A stretch of 60,725 nt of DNA from Alphaproteobacteria bacterium (lineage in GTDB: Bacteria > Pseudomonadota > Alphaproteobacteria > RF32 > CAG-239): positions 1 to 60,725 of the forward strand of contig JAZQTW010000058.1 of the NCBI GenBank assembly GCA_045630985.1. The letters are read 5' to 3'. The position numbers were made by a program, and so were the translations under genes. Below are positions 39,341 through 48,804 of the stretch, in pieces (within the stretch, counting starts at the first letter, position 1; every line of letters begins with the position of its first letter). The notes beneath the pieces are model-generated. The model made no database searches and was not told where the DNA came from. It saw only the letters and a list, made by a program, of their open reading frames with translations.

Positions 39341-40492
39341 CTATTCTTCTGTATAAATTTTACTCCATAAAGGAATATCTTTCCCGATTCCTTGTTCTAA
39401 ACTCTGCGACTTAACAAAAGCCATGACACCATTATCAAACATAATTCTAGCCCATTTTTTGTCAGCAGTATATCCAGTAACTCTAACAGTAGTATGTTTT
39501 TCTATGTTTTTATATATATCAAAACTTTCATCTGCACCATGTCTAGCAGTAGTATCATCCTTTAAATGATATAATTGTTTTTTATCGTAAATATTTACAG
39601 GAATGTCAAATATTTTTGCAACAGAAACATCGTTATAAGAGGTCTGCGTATTATTATATATAACCACCTCATTTAGTTTTGTTCCGCCTTTTCTTTGTTC
39701 TTCAACAGCTTTTAAATTAAAATAACTGCATACAGTAAAAATACCCAAAAACAGAATAACTGGATAAAAAAGTTGTATACGCCTTAGTTTATTAATATTC
39801 CATTTTTTTAAAGGTATTGACCTATTATCTTTCAGTTTATTAATGTATTTATTTATATAAACTAAGTCATTTTTTTCAGCAAAATCTCTAGCAAGTGTAG
39901 CCATTGTTAAAGCCTCATCAAATTTATTCTCAAGCTCATAGGCTAATGCATTATGTATAAATAATAACAAATTATCTTTTTTATTATTAATTTTAAATAT
40001 ATTAGAGAAAATAGCTTTTATGTTTGCGAACAAGGCTGTTATACCTAAAAAACCATAAAGCCAATTATGTTTTGTAATTTTTTCAATAACAGAGGATGCT
40101 TCATACGGACTACAGTAGTAAACTTTATCTATAGAAGAATGTAATAATCCCTTTCCAGTAATTTCAACTAGTCTAAAAGCTCTTATATTTATATCTTCTT
40201 GCCCATGCATATTTTTAAGTATGCATAACATTTTTATGTTTGGAAAATGTTCTTTATTATAAACCATAGAAAGTAAATTGTATTTAAGTCTCGTATTTGA
40301 ATCTTTGAGCATATCATAAGCAGCAGATAACTGCTTGAATATATTCACCGCATCTTCAGATGTATTATAATCAGGGTGATACTTTTTAGCTAAATCTTTA
40401 TAATTTTGACGTATCTGCTCTTCTGTTGCATTTATATCAATATTAAGTAGTTTATAAAAACCTAAGGCATCATATCTACTGTAAGTACTCAT
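39341..40492 (-). CDS. membrane J-domain protein with an SH3-like C-terminal domain
   Basis: Start set to ATG 40492 (GGAG upstream, 1 nt after the upstream stop). J domain with HPD (YKDLAKKYHPDYN). One or two TM segments (IQLFYPVILFLGIFTVCSYF). C-terminal bacterial SH3-like pattern (TTVRVTGYTADKKWARIMFDNGVMAFVKSQSL). Confidence 0.75.
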   Translation of the reverse strand: MSTYSRYDALGFYKLLNIDINATEEQIRQNYKDLAKKYHPDYNTSEDAVNIFKQLSAAYDMLKDSNTRLKYNLLSMVYNKEHFPNIKMLCILKNMHGQEDINIRAFRLVEITGKGLLHSSIDKVYYCSPYEASSVIEKITKHNWLYGFLGITALFANIKAIFSNIFKINNKKDNLLLFIHNALAYELENKFDEALTMATLARDFAEKNDLVYINKYINKLKDNRSIPLKKWNINKLRRIQLFYPVILFLGIFTVCSYFNLKAVEEQRKGGTKLNEVVIYNNTQTSYNDVSVAKIFDIPVNIYDKKQLYHLKDDTTARHGADESFDIYKNIEKHTTVRVTGYTADKKWARIMFDNGVMAFVKSQSLEQGIGKDIPLWSKIYTEE

Positions 40493-40493
40493 C

Positions 40494-41333
40494 CTATTTC
40501 TCCAAACAAAGCTTTTTAGCAATATTTTTTATATCAGAAGCGGCTTCTGATGTTGGATATCGAGTAAGAAGAAGTTCTTTATTTTTTATTGTGTCTCTAA
40601 CTCTCGTATCAAACCTTATTATCCCTAATAATTCAGGATATTTTAAGCCTGTTCTATCAGATGCTTTACAAAGTTTTTCATAAACCTTAAAACCATCTTC
40701 GAAAGAGTTTACTTTATTAATTATTAAATAATAATTAGTATCAATTTTATATTCATTTAAAGTTTTTATTAATTCAAAAGTTTTAGTTATATCTATATTA
40801 TTCTCAGTGCAAACTAAAATTATATTATCAGCAATTTGACATAAACCTAAAGTTTTTTCAATATTATCAGTTCCTGCATCAATAATGGTATGATTATAAT
40901 CATTAGATAAAAATATTAAGTCTTCAACGAATATGTTTATTCGCCCTAACTGCATAGATTGTAAAAACTTACCACCAGATTTTGCTAATAAAAGATTGAA
41001 ATTTTTATTCCTATAAGCATACAAGATTTGATTTATAGTTTTATTTCCTTTTGTGTAATCTTCAATATATAAGTCATTGTTAATAGGCAAATAAGAGCTG
41101 ATGTTTGAAAAATTACCATTTGCATCAACAAATAAAACCTTTTGCTCTCTTTGATTTAACGCATGAGCTATACTAAGCGCACTCCAAGTTGTTCCAGATT
41201 GTTCAGCATCAGAAATAAATACTGAAATATTATGATTTCTAGACTTCTTTAAAAATAAATGCTCATAAATAACATTAAAACTATTAATCACGTTACACCT
41301 TTTAAAATTAAATGATAAATCATTTTTTAACAT
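40494..41333 (-). CDS. MinD/ParA/FlhG-fold protein with a degenerate Walker A
   Basis: 279 aa. Overall MinD/FlhG-like layout (VLFVDANGN, HTIIDAGTD, IILVCTENNIDITKTFELIK, YLIINKV, LGIIRFDTRVRDTI). Where xKGGxxK[ST] is expected the sequence reads SDAEQSGTT. Confidence 0.5.
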   Translation of the reverse strand: MLKNDLSFNFKRCNVINSFNVIYEHLFLKKSRNHNISVFISDAEQSGTTWSALSIAHALNQREQKVLFVDANGNFSNISSYLPINNDLYIEDYTKGNKTINQILYAYRNKNFNLLLAKSGGKFLQSMQLGRINIFVEDLIFLSNDYNHTIIDAGTDNIEKTLGLCQIADNIILVCTENNIDITKTFELIKTLNEYKIDTNYYLIINKVNSFEDGFKVYEKLCKASDRTGLKYPELLGIIRFDTRVRDTIKNKELLLTRYPTSEAASDIKNIAKKLCLEK

Positions 41334-41387
41334 AATATCAGTTATAGTTTAAATATCAAAGATTCTTTTTTTTAATTAGAGGGTAAT

Positions 41388-42299
41388 ATGAAATATTTTT
41401 TATCACTGTTTATTTTAATGATATTTAGTACAAATGTATATGCCGTAACTGTGGAAATGTTTGGTAAAGAAAATATAGGGTATGTGCAACCACGATATAT
41501 ATTAAATGAAGAACACGGATCTGTTAATAATGCTCAAAAATTATATACACTAGCACATCATGATGTCTTTCCTTTTTCTTCTATAAAACAAGGTTCTGTT
41601 TTTTCAGAAGCCATCAAACGAATTGCCGAAAGAACTAATGTTTATATAAAGTTAATCTATGATGTTGGAAACTATAATGAAGCGGTAAAAACATTTGAAA
41701 GAGATACTCCTAATATTGATGCGTTATTTGGTGTTCCTAAAGAATATTACCCTTACTCAAAAAATGAATATATATATCCATCATTTTTTGAAAACAAGCT
41801 TCACGTTATTACAATAAGAGGAGGGGATGTTGTCATTAATAATAAAGATGATTTGCTTAAATATAAAGGTGTATACGTAAAAAAAGATAACCTATCTAAT
41901 TTTATTGTAAAAGATTTTGCTAATTATAAAATTCAATCGGTTAACGACTATTCAAATGCTTTTGAATTATTGTTTACTAAAAAAATAGATTACATTATAG
42001 CAGGTTATTACCCTAGTCAGATTGAAGCTTATAAAATTGGAATAAGAGATTATATTGCATATAGTAAAGAAGCTATCTGGAAAAACCCGTTGTTTTTAAG
42101 AATAAATTATAAATTACTCAATGGCTCAAATATTAATCGTTTAAAAAGATATTTGAGAACTGACGAGTTTAAAAATATAAGAGATAGTGCTTTAAATAAT
42201 GTTTTAGAGATATATAAGAAAAACACACAAGGTATTGTTCCCCCAATGTACATAGGAGGCAGAGGCAATGATATTGAAACAGCCGAAGAGGGAAAATAA
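41388..42299 (+). CDS. periplasmic substrate-binding-like protein (family 3-like)
   Basis: 303 aa. Signal peptide (FSTNVYA/VT). Segments such as YKGVYVKKDN and KKIDYIIAGYYPSQIEAYKIG resemble SBP_bac_3 proteins. No transporter partners are adjacent. Confidence 0.4.
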   Translation: MKYFLSLFILMIFSTNVYAVTVEMFGKENIGYVQPRYILNEEHGSVNNAQKLYTLAHHDVFPFSSIKQGSVFSEAIKRIAERTNVYIKLIYDVGNYNEAVKTFERDTPNIDALFGVPKEYYPYSKNEYIYPSFFENKLHVITIRGGDVVINNKDDLLKYKGVYVKKDNLSNFIVKDFANYKIQSVNDYSNAFELLFTKKIDYIIAGYYPSQIEAYKIGIRDYIAYSKEAIWKNPLFLRINYKLLNGSNINRLKRYLRTDEFKNIRDSALNNVLEIYKKNTQGIVPPMYIGGRGNDIETAEEGK

Positions 42300-42368
42300 T
42301 ATATAATAACAAGTACTTGAAATTTAAAAAACAACATGTAAAATAATAAAGTTTTTAGGAGAGATAAA

Positions 42369-43034
42369 ATGGTTCTTTTGGTTCATCACAGCATAGTTCC
42401 CCAGTCGCGTAAAATTCGACTTATTATGGCGGAAAAAAAGATGTTGTTTGTTTTAAAAGAAGAAGAACCTTGGAATTTATCGCAAGATATAAAAAATATA
42501 AATCCTTCAGAAGATTTACCTATTCTAATTTTTGATGGATGCGTAATTTCTGGAAATTATGCAATAACTGAATATCTTGAAGAAAGCAATCCTCAGTACA
42601 AATTGTTGCCAGAGGAGCCTAAAAATAAAGCTGAAGTAAGACGTATTGTAGAATGGTTTGATAACAAGTTTTATAATGAAGTATATAAATACATTGTTAC
42701 AGAAAAAATTACTAAACGATTTCAGTATAAATTAGCTCCAAATTCAAAAATTTTGAAGGCAGGATTAAACAATCTTCGATTCCATATGGAATATATAGAT
42801 TATTTATCAGATAGAAATAGTTATTTGGCAGGGAATACACTAACTTTAGCAGATTTAACCGTTGCAGCACATCTATCTATACTTGATTATTTAGGGGATG
42901 TGCCTTGGGAAGAGTATAAAAATGCTAAATTATGGTATGCAAAAATTAAATCTCGCCCTAGTTTTAAGGAAATATTAAAAGATAATATTAAGGGAATACC
43001 TCCATCTAGCAACTATACAAATTTGGATTTTTAA
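42369..43034 (+). CDS. glutathione S-transferase family protein
   Basis: 221 aa. Thioredoxin-like N-terminal GST pattern (SIVPQSRKIRLIMAEKKM..., DLPILIFDGCVISGNYAITEYLEE) and a helical C-terminal domain (LTLADLTVAAHLS). Confidence 0.8.
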   Translation: MVLLVHHSIVPQSRKIRLIMAEKKMLFVLKEEEPWNLSQDIKNINPSEDLPILIFDGCVISGNYAITEYLEESNPQYKLLPEEPKNKAEVRRIVEWFDNKFYNEVYKYIVTEKITKRFQYKLAPNSKILKAGLNNLRFHMEYIDYLSDRNSYLAGNTLTLADLTVAAHLSILDYLGDVPWEEYKNAKLWYAKIKSRPSFKEILKDNIKGIPPSSNYTNLDF

Positions 43035-43035
43035 A

Positions 43036-43491
43036 ATGAGAAAATATTGTTTGTTTTTTATTGTTCTTTTATTAAATGCTTGTGTAACAGGTAAAGGTCA
43101 AGTGGTGTTTCATTGGGATAGGTATAATACAGGTGGTATTAAGTTTGCTAGAGATCACTCAGAATGTATGCGTCAAGCAGAAGCATTAAAGTTAATTCCA
43201 AGTTTTAGAAGCTGGTTCTATTCTGAGGAACAACGTTATGATACTGTTGTTAAATGGCATAAAGAAAAAGGTATTTGGGCTAGCTTTGTACCATATCCCG
43301 GTGCAGCTCCAGTTTTAGTTAATTCTGTTAGAGATGATACAGACGTTAGTCCTAGAAAATATAAAAAATGTATGCTTAAAAAAGGATATATAACTAGAGT
43401 AAAAGATATACCAGAAACAAGTAATCTATTTATTTATAAACCTCAAAGTGTTAATCAAGACACTCCATTAGATGATACATATAACTATTAA
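43036..43491 (+). CDS. hypothetical lipoprotein
   Basis: 151 aa. Lipobox LLNAC. No other motif. Confidence 0.5.
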   Translation: MRKYCLFFIVLLLNACVTGKGQVVFHWDRYNTGGIKFARDHSECMRQAEALKLIPSFRSWFYSEEQRYDTVVKWHKEKGIWASFVPYPGAAPVLVNSVRDDTDVSPRKYKKCMLKKGYITRVKDIPETSNLFIYKPQSVNQDTPLDDTYNY

Positions 43492-43679
43492 ACATTAAAT
43501 CGATTTATAAAAGAAAATTCCATATTATAAGATAATCCTTCTGATACGGGAATATGCTTAGATTGCTTTATTTTAGTTTCTATTAAAAAGAAACTAATTA
43601 AAAATAAAGCAACTAAGCATATAATTATAAAAATGGTTATATACAAATTTTTTTCGTTGAAATTTCTCATTATAATCAC
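43488..43679 (-). CDS. possible small membrane protein
   Basis: 63 aa with one TM helix (LYITIFIIICLVALFLISFFLI). Begins 3 nt after the rpoH stop. No conservation evidence is available to me. Confidence 0.3.
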   Translation of the reverse strand: MIIMRNFNEKNLYITIFIIICLVALFLISFFLIETKIKQSKHIPVSEGLSYNMEFSFINRFNV

Positions 43680-43682
43680 AAA

Positions 43683-44558
43683 TTATTGCATTAACTCAAT
43701 AGCTTTAGTTATTTTTCTAATAGAGTTTAATTCAATTTGTCTTACTCTTTCTTTTGATATATTATAAGTTTTACTCAAATCATCTAAAGTTATTATCTTG
43801 TCATATAATCGACGTTTAAACAATATATCCTTTTCTCTTGAATTTAATACATATAACGCTTTATTAAACATCTTTTTTCTATATTTTACAGTTTCAATAT
43901 GAGCAAGATTTTCTTCTTGATTAGGCTTGTTGTCAGAAATAAAATCAATCCATTCGGATGAACCTTCAGAATCATTATCAATAATAGTATTTAATGATCC
44001 ATCATGAGATTTAAGTCGCATATTCATATCTGTAACATCCTGAATGCTAACATCTAAAGATTTTGCAATATTTTTTAAGATATGTTGAGATAAATCTCTA
44101 TCATCAATCAAGTTTAATCTATTTTTTATTTTTCTTAAATTAAAAAATAATTTTTTCTGAGCAGCAGTTGTTCCAAGTTTTACTAATGACCATGAGTTTA
44201 AAATATATTTCTGTATAGAAGCTTTAATCCACCATAAGGCATAAGTAGAAAAACGAAACCCTTTTTCTGGTTCAAATTTATCAATGGCATACATTAGGCC
44301 AATATTACCTTCAGAAATCATTTCACCTATGGGTAATCCATAACCTTTATATTTTGATACCACTTTTACAACAAGTCTTAGGTGAGATGTTATTAATTTA
44401 TAAGCTATATTCTTATCTTTAGTAAGTTTATATTGAGAAGCTAAATCAAACTCTTCTTCTAAAGATAAAATAGGATATTTTTTTATAGATTGTAAATATC
44501 GAGACAAATTATCTTCTGGTGAAAACTCTAGTCCATCCATATTAGGTTGTTCTTTCAT
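43683..44558 (-). CDS. rpoH: RNA polymerase sigma-32 factor
   Basis: 291 aa. RpoH box QKKLFFNLRK, region 2 (EGNIGLMYAIDKFEPEKGFRFSTYALWWIKASIQ), region 4.2 (ISKERVRQIELNSIRKI). Confidence 0.92.
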   Translation of the reverse strand: MKEQPNMDGLEFSPEDNLSRYLQSIKKYPILSLEEEFDLASQYKLTKDKNIAYKLITSHLRLVVKVVSKYKGYGLPIGEMISEGNIGLMYAIDKFEPEKGFRFSTYALWWIKASIQKYILNSWSLVKLGTTAAQKKLFFNLRKIKNRLNLIDDRDLSQHILKNIAKSLDVSIQDVTDMNMRLKSHDGSLNTIIDNDSEGSSEWIDFISDNKPNQEENLAHIETVKYRKKMFNKALYVLNSREKDILFKRRLYDKIITLDDLSKTYNISKERVRQIELNSIRKITKAIELMQ

Positions 44559-44675
44559 AATTATTCTCCTAAAAATTGACCAAGGTAGAGTTTATATCTA
44601 ATTATTTTTTCCACAATCTAGACATTAGTTGTATTGTTTTTAAGTAATTTTTAAGAAAAAAATCGCGAAATTTAA

Positions 44676-45665
44676 CTAAAGTTTATGTTTTCTCAAGACG
44701 ATAAGTAGGTTTTTCATATCTTCAGGAAAATCAGTGGAAAATTCTAAGTGCTGTTTTGTAATAGGGTGAATAAAGCCAAGAGAATAAGCATGTAAGGCTT
44801 GACGAGAAAAATTTAATACCTCATTTTTAAAATCATCAGGCATTTTTAAACTAGATTTTTTACCTTTATAAACATCATCACCAACTAAATGGCAGCCAAT
44901 ACTTGATAAATGAATGCGTATTTGATGAGTTCTTCCTGTTTCTAAATTGCATTTTACTAAAGCAATATTGTTATTATAATTTTCAATTACTTTATAATGT
45001 GTAATGGCGCGTTTTCCACCAGAATGCACCAATGCCATTTTTTTTCTATCAAAAGAGCTTCTTGCTATATTCCCTTCTATAGTACCACTTAGAGGCATAG
45101 GAATGTTATAGGTTATTGCAAAATAAGTTCTTTCAATAGTGTGTTTATAAAACTGTTCAGCCAACCCATTATGTGCTAAATCATTTTTTGCAACAACCAA
45201 AATACCGCTAGTATTTTTATCTATTCTATGTACAATCCCAGGTCTCGCTACACCACCAATGCCAGAAAGAGAATCTTTGCAATGATAAAGTAGAGCATTA
45301 ACGAGAGTTCCGGAATATGCTCCAGGAGCAGGATGTACAGTCATTCCAGCTGGTTTATTGATAACTATTAAATGTTCATCTTCATAGAGTACATCTAAAG
45401 GAATATTTTCCGCTAAGGGTAAAGCTTCTTGAGGTTCTGGTTCTATAATTTGATACATATCACCTACGCGTGTTTTAAAATCTTTATCGGAAACAATTTC
45501 ATCATCGCAATATATAAAACCTGCGCTAATTAATCGTTGCACCTGAGCTCTAGAAAATTGTTTGCAATTTATAGCAATAAATTTATCAATACGAAGCCCT
45601 TTATCTTTTTCGTCAACAACAGGCGTATAAGTTATATCATTAAATTCTTTTTTCATAGTTGTCAT
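44676..45665 (-). CDS. rluD: 23S rRNA pseudouridine synthase, RluD family
   Basis: 329 aa. N-terminal S4 domain (LRIDKFIA..SRAQVQRLI), catalytic HRIDKNTSGILVVAK, GRTHQIRIHL. Confidence 0.9.
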   Translation of the reverse strand: MTTMKKEFNDITYTPVVDEKDKGLRIDKFIAINCKQFSRAQVQRLISAGFIYCDDEIVSDKDFKTRVGDMYQIIEPEPQEALPLAENIPLDVLYEDEHLIVINKPAGMTVHPAPGAYSGTLVNALLYHCKDSLSGIGGVARPGIVHRIDKNTSGILVVAKNDLAHNGLAEQFYKHTIERTYFAITYNIPMPLSGTIEGNIARSSFDRKKMALVHSGGKRAITHYKVIENYNNNIALVKCNLETGRTHQIRIHLSSIGCHLVGDDVYKGKKSSLKMPDDFKNEVLNFSRQALHAYSLGFIHPITKQHLEFSTDFPEDMKNLLIVLRKHKL

Positions 45666-45745
45666 TAATTATATTTTCACAAATTTACTTTAAGATATAC
45701 CAATATACAATATAAAATCAAGAACAAATATTTAGGAGATTTATA

Positions 45746-46732
45746 ATGAGCGATTCAACAGAAGGATTAGATTCTTTTATAAGTGACGCAGGTGATAATA
45801 ATGAAAAAATAGAAACATCTAATAAAGAAAACAATGATTCATTAATAGAAAATGAGTTTACAGATTTACTAAATAGCTTTGTTAATCAGAACCAACAAGA
45901 AACAAATAATGAACAAGAAGAAGAGGGGCTTGATAGCTTTGTTTCTACCGCATATCCCTCCTCAACACCAGATAAAAACAGTATCGATAGCTTGTTGACC
46001 GCTACTACAGTAAAAACAGTAACTGCAAGTGATGTGTCTGAAAAGGTGTTAAAATCAGAAGAGCAAGATTTAGCTCGATCAGTATCAAATTTTCAAGATG
46101 CGATATTTACTATGGCAGATAAAAAGAATTTTAAGGTTCCTGAAACAGATTATGATGAAGAAATGCTTTTTCCAAACTATAAACCTAGTATAGGAAAAAA
46201 AATAGCAACATATTTATTGTCGTGTTGGGATATTGTATGCAGATATGACCCTGAAAATATGAAAAGATTATCTAAAGATGCAAATGATGAAGAATATTTA
46301 ACTTTTGCAGAAGGGTTAAATGATACAGATTTGCAGTTAGCCATAATATCATATGTAGAGATCTTAATAAATATAGAAATGTGTGAGTTCTTGTATAAAC
46401 AACGATTGGAAGTTATACAAAAAAACAAGATAAAAAGAGAGTTGTATGAAGAATATATGGAGATACAAGAGAGAAAAGCTCAATTTATAAAAAAATTAAA
46501 AGAAAAAAAATTTCCTATAGATGTCGATAAACTGATAAATAATTATTTTAGAGCAGCACAAAATGATGCAACAGGTGCATTTGATGCATTAACAAAGAAT
46601 CCAGCAATGTTTGCCCCAATAGATTTTGATCAAATAAAACCCAAATTTTTTGGCTTGATAAAGGTAACTCCTGAAGATGGAATAAAGGCAAATCAAAAAA
46701 TTGGTGAATATATTAAAAAACTTAAAGTTTAG
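45746..46732 (+). CDS. hypothetical protein, acidic disordered N-terminus plus helical C-terminal domain
   Basis: 328 aa. AGGAG RBS. Internal repeat EGLDSF[IV]S at aa 6-13 and 60-67. No recognisable family motif. Confidence 0.6.
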   Translation: MSDSTEGLDSFISDAGDNNEKIETSNKENNDSLIENEFTDLLNSFVNQNQQETNNEQEEEGLDSFVSTAYPSSTPDKNSIDSLLTATTVKTVTASDVSEKVLKSEEQDLARSVSNFQDAIFTMADKKNFKVPETDYDEEMLFPNYKPSIGKKIATYLLSCWDIVCRYDPENMKRLSKDANDEEYLTFAEGLNDTDLQLAIISYVEILINIEMCEFLYKQRLEVIQKNKIKRELYEEYMEIQERKAQFIKKLKEKKFPIDVDKLINNYFRAAQNDATGAFDALTKNPAMFAPIDFDQIKPKFFGLIKVTPEDGIKANQKIGEYIKKLKV

Positions 46733-46745
46733 AGTATTTTTAAAG

Positions 46746-46774
46746 TAGACAACTTTGTGTTTTTGTGATACAAT
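46746..46774 (+). promoter_or_regulatory. candidate sigma-70 promoter with extended -10
   Basis: TAGACA (46746-46751), 17-nt spacer, TGaTACAAT (46766-46774). About 20 nt upstream of the AAGGAG RBS of the 46801 gene. An 8-bp inverted repeat CTTTGTGT/ACACAAAG brackets the -10. Confidence 0.45.
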
Positions 46775-46800
46775 GCAAAAAATACACAAAGGAGATGAAA

Positions 46801-48246
46801 ATGACAGATGAAAACAATGACGAAGATTTAGTACAAATCATTTCAGATGATGTAGAGGAGTATGAAAATAGAACGTTTGATGAAATATCTTCAGACAACG
46901 AAGAAGATAATGGTGAGGGAGGGACAGACGATACAAGAGATACGCCTCCCCCATCACCTATCGATACAGATACTGTAGTAGCAGGAATTAGTTCAGCATA
47001 TGGTATTAATCCAGCTGAAATACAGCCAGAGGCAGAGGTTTCCAGTAGCAAAGATGAAAAACCAAAAGAAAAGCCTAAAAAAGATAAAGATGATTTTAAA
47101 GAAAAAGATATAATGGCTGTTTTTTGGAATATGATTCTTAAAGCATATGCTTGGTGTATCGATAAAGCTGTTGATATTCCAATAGAATTTCTTGAGTGGG
47201 TTTTATATGCAAAACCTGTTCAAGAAAAAGCGCCTAAAGGAGATAGTTGGCTAGATATTACAAATGTCGAAAAGAAGTCTTTTATTAAGAATATAGATAA
47301 AACAAATAAAAACGCAAAAACTGTACATGAAGAAATCAATAAAAATGTGTGTTTAATTGCAGCAGGAGAGCAAGCATCATGGTCTAATTTAGCTAATATT
47401 AATGCTGGCAGTTTAGGTGATATAAAAAGATATACAGAAGATGTTCTTGTACCTGCATATAGATGTTATCAAATTAATCCAGATGCCCCTGAGGCCAGAG
47501 CTTATGTTAATTTTAATAAAATTCCAGAAATATTGGAGAAAAGTGGTAAGAAAATAAAAATGATAGGCAGTTTAGCTTATTCACTAGCTGCTATAAAGAT
47601 TCTTGCAGATGAAGATACGGGATGTATGCCAGATGGATTTTTATCTAAATATAATGAATTAAAAAAGAAAATGTCTGCAAGAACAATTGATTATGTAGGG
47701 GTTGGAAATGTTGCAGATGAGTTAGCGGCTACAATTCCAGCAGATAATACATTCGATGCAATTAGAGAACACGTAAGAATTATAAAACAAAAAACTACAA
47801 CATTAGATAAAAACAGTATTTTAAGCCAAATTGAAGCTATGAATAAAAATATATCAGAAGATAAAGAAAAAAAATATAAAAGAGCCAAAATAACTAAAAA
47901 TTCAACACAATACATCGATAAGATTTTAGCAAATTTTGATAAGATTTATGAAAATTGTGGTACAGATGTAGATAAACGAAATGAAACAATAAGAAGCTAC
48001 TACGAACATATTAACAAAAATATAGCATCTGTCGCTTCTGTAGCTAGCCAAGCTGACGTAGAGGTAAAAAGCAAAATAGCTGTGAGTGATAAAAAGAGGA
48101 AAAAATTGCAAAATGCGCTAGATGCCGTAGATTCTTTTGAATTTGATGGCAGACCTATTGGTGCATATGCAACAGCTGCAAGGCGGTCACAAAATATCTT
48201 TGAAAACCAAAGAATCATATATGATTACATGGTAGGACGAATATAA
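46801..48246 (+). CDS. hypothetical protein, acidic N-terminus plus large helical domain
   Basis: Start set to ATG 46801, which has GGAG 6 nt upstream. The track GTG start at 46765 lies inside the predicted promoter. 481 aa. No recognisable motif. Confidence 0.6.
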   Translation: MTDENNDEDLVQIISDDVEEYENRTFDEISSDNEEDNGEGGTDDTRDTPPPSPIDTDTVVAGISSAYGINPAEIQPEAEVSSSKDEKPKEKPKKDKDDFKEKDIMAVFWNMILKAYAWCIDKAVDIPIEFLEWVLYAKPVQEKAPKGDSWLDITNVEKKSFIKNIDKTNKNAKTVHEEINKNVCLIAAGEQASWSNLANINAGSLGDIKRYTEDVLVPAYRCYQINPDAPEARAYVNFNKIPEILEKSGKKIKMIGSLAYSLAAIKILADEDTGCMPDGFLSKYNELKKKMSARTIDYVGVGNVADELAATIPADNTFDAIREHVRIIKQKTTTLDKNSILSQIEAMNKNISEDKEKKYKRAKITKNSTQYIDKILANFDKIYENCGTDVDKRNETIRSYYEHINKNIASVASVASQADVEVKSKIAVSDKKRKKLQNALDAVDSFEFDGRPIGAYATAARRSQNIFENQRIIYDYMVGRI

Positions 48247-48260
48247 ATAGCGGAGGTGTT

Positions 48261-48749
48261 ATGAAAAAAATTACCAAATTCTTGAAATTTAGTATAATTA
48301 GCATGCTTGTATTAGTTGTATTTATTTTTATAGGAAGATTCGTTTTTCATATGTTCTGGAATTTTGATATTCTCGATAAAAAGGACTATAATGCTTTATA
48401 CAGTTTTTGGGAAAATGGCGGAGTTTTTAAGACGTTTAAGGATTGTACTTTAGCAATATCTTTAATTGCTTTTCCAATTATATGGTTTTATGCGAGTAAA
48501 AAATTGTACAAATACGGCTTAGGCAAATTTCTCTTACTTCCAATAATTGCCGTATATAGAAAAGCTACTCGTCCTAAAAATATGGAAATAGAACATGTTT
48601 CTATAAAAAATATTGGTATTAAGGATAAAACTATTGATGAAATAATTTCAGAAAAAATAAGAGTTAATGAAAATGGAGGTAAGGCTAATACATCTTTAGA
48701 TATAAGAAGACAGATTTCTGCAAAAATTGAAGAAAATGTAAAACAATAA
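48261..48749 (+). CDS. hypothetical two-TM membrane protein (shares an N-terminal module with the next gene)
   Basis: 162 aa. GGAGG RBS. TM - WNFDIL - WENGG - TM - VYRKAT pattern. Confidence 0.6.
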   Translation: MKKITKFLKFSIISMLVLVVFIFIGRFVFHMFWNFDILDKKDYNALYSFWENGGVFKTFKDCTLAISLIAFPIIWFYASKKLYKYGLGKFLLLPIIAVYRKATRPKNMEIEHVSIKNIGIKDKTIDEIISEKIRVNENGGKANTSLDIRRQISAKIEENVKQ

Positions 48750-48804
48750 TGACTTGTTAACTAAATTGTATATATAATGCAAAAAAACAAGAACGGAGAA
48801 TAAT

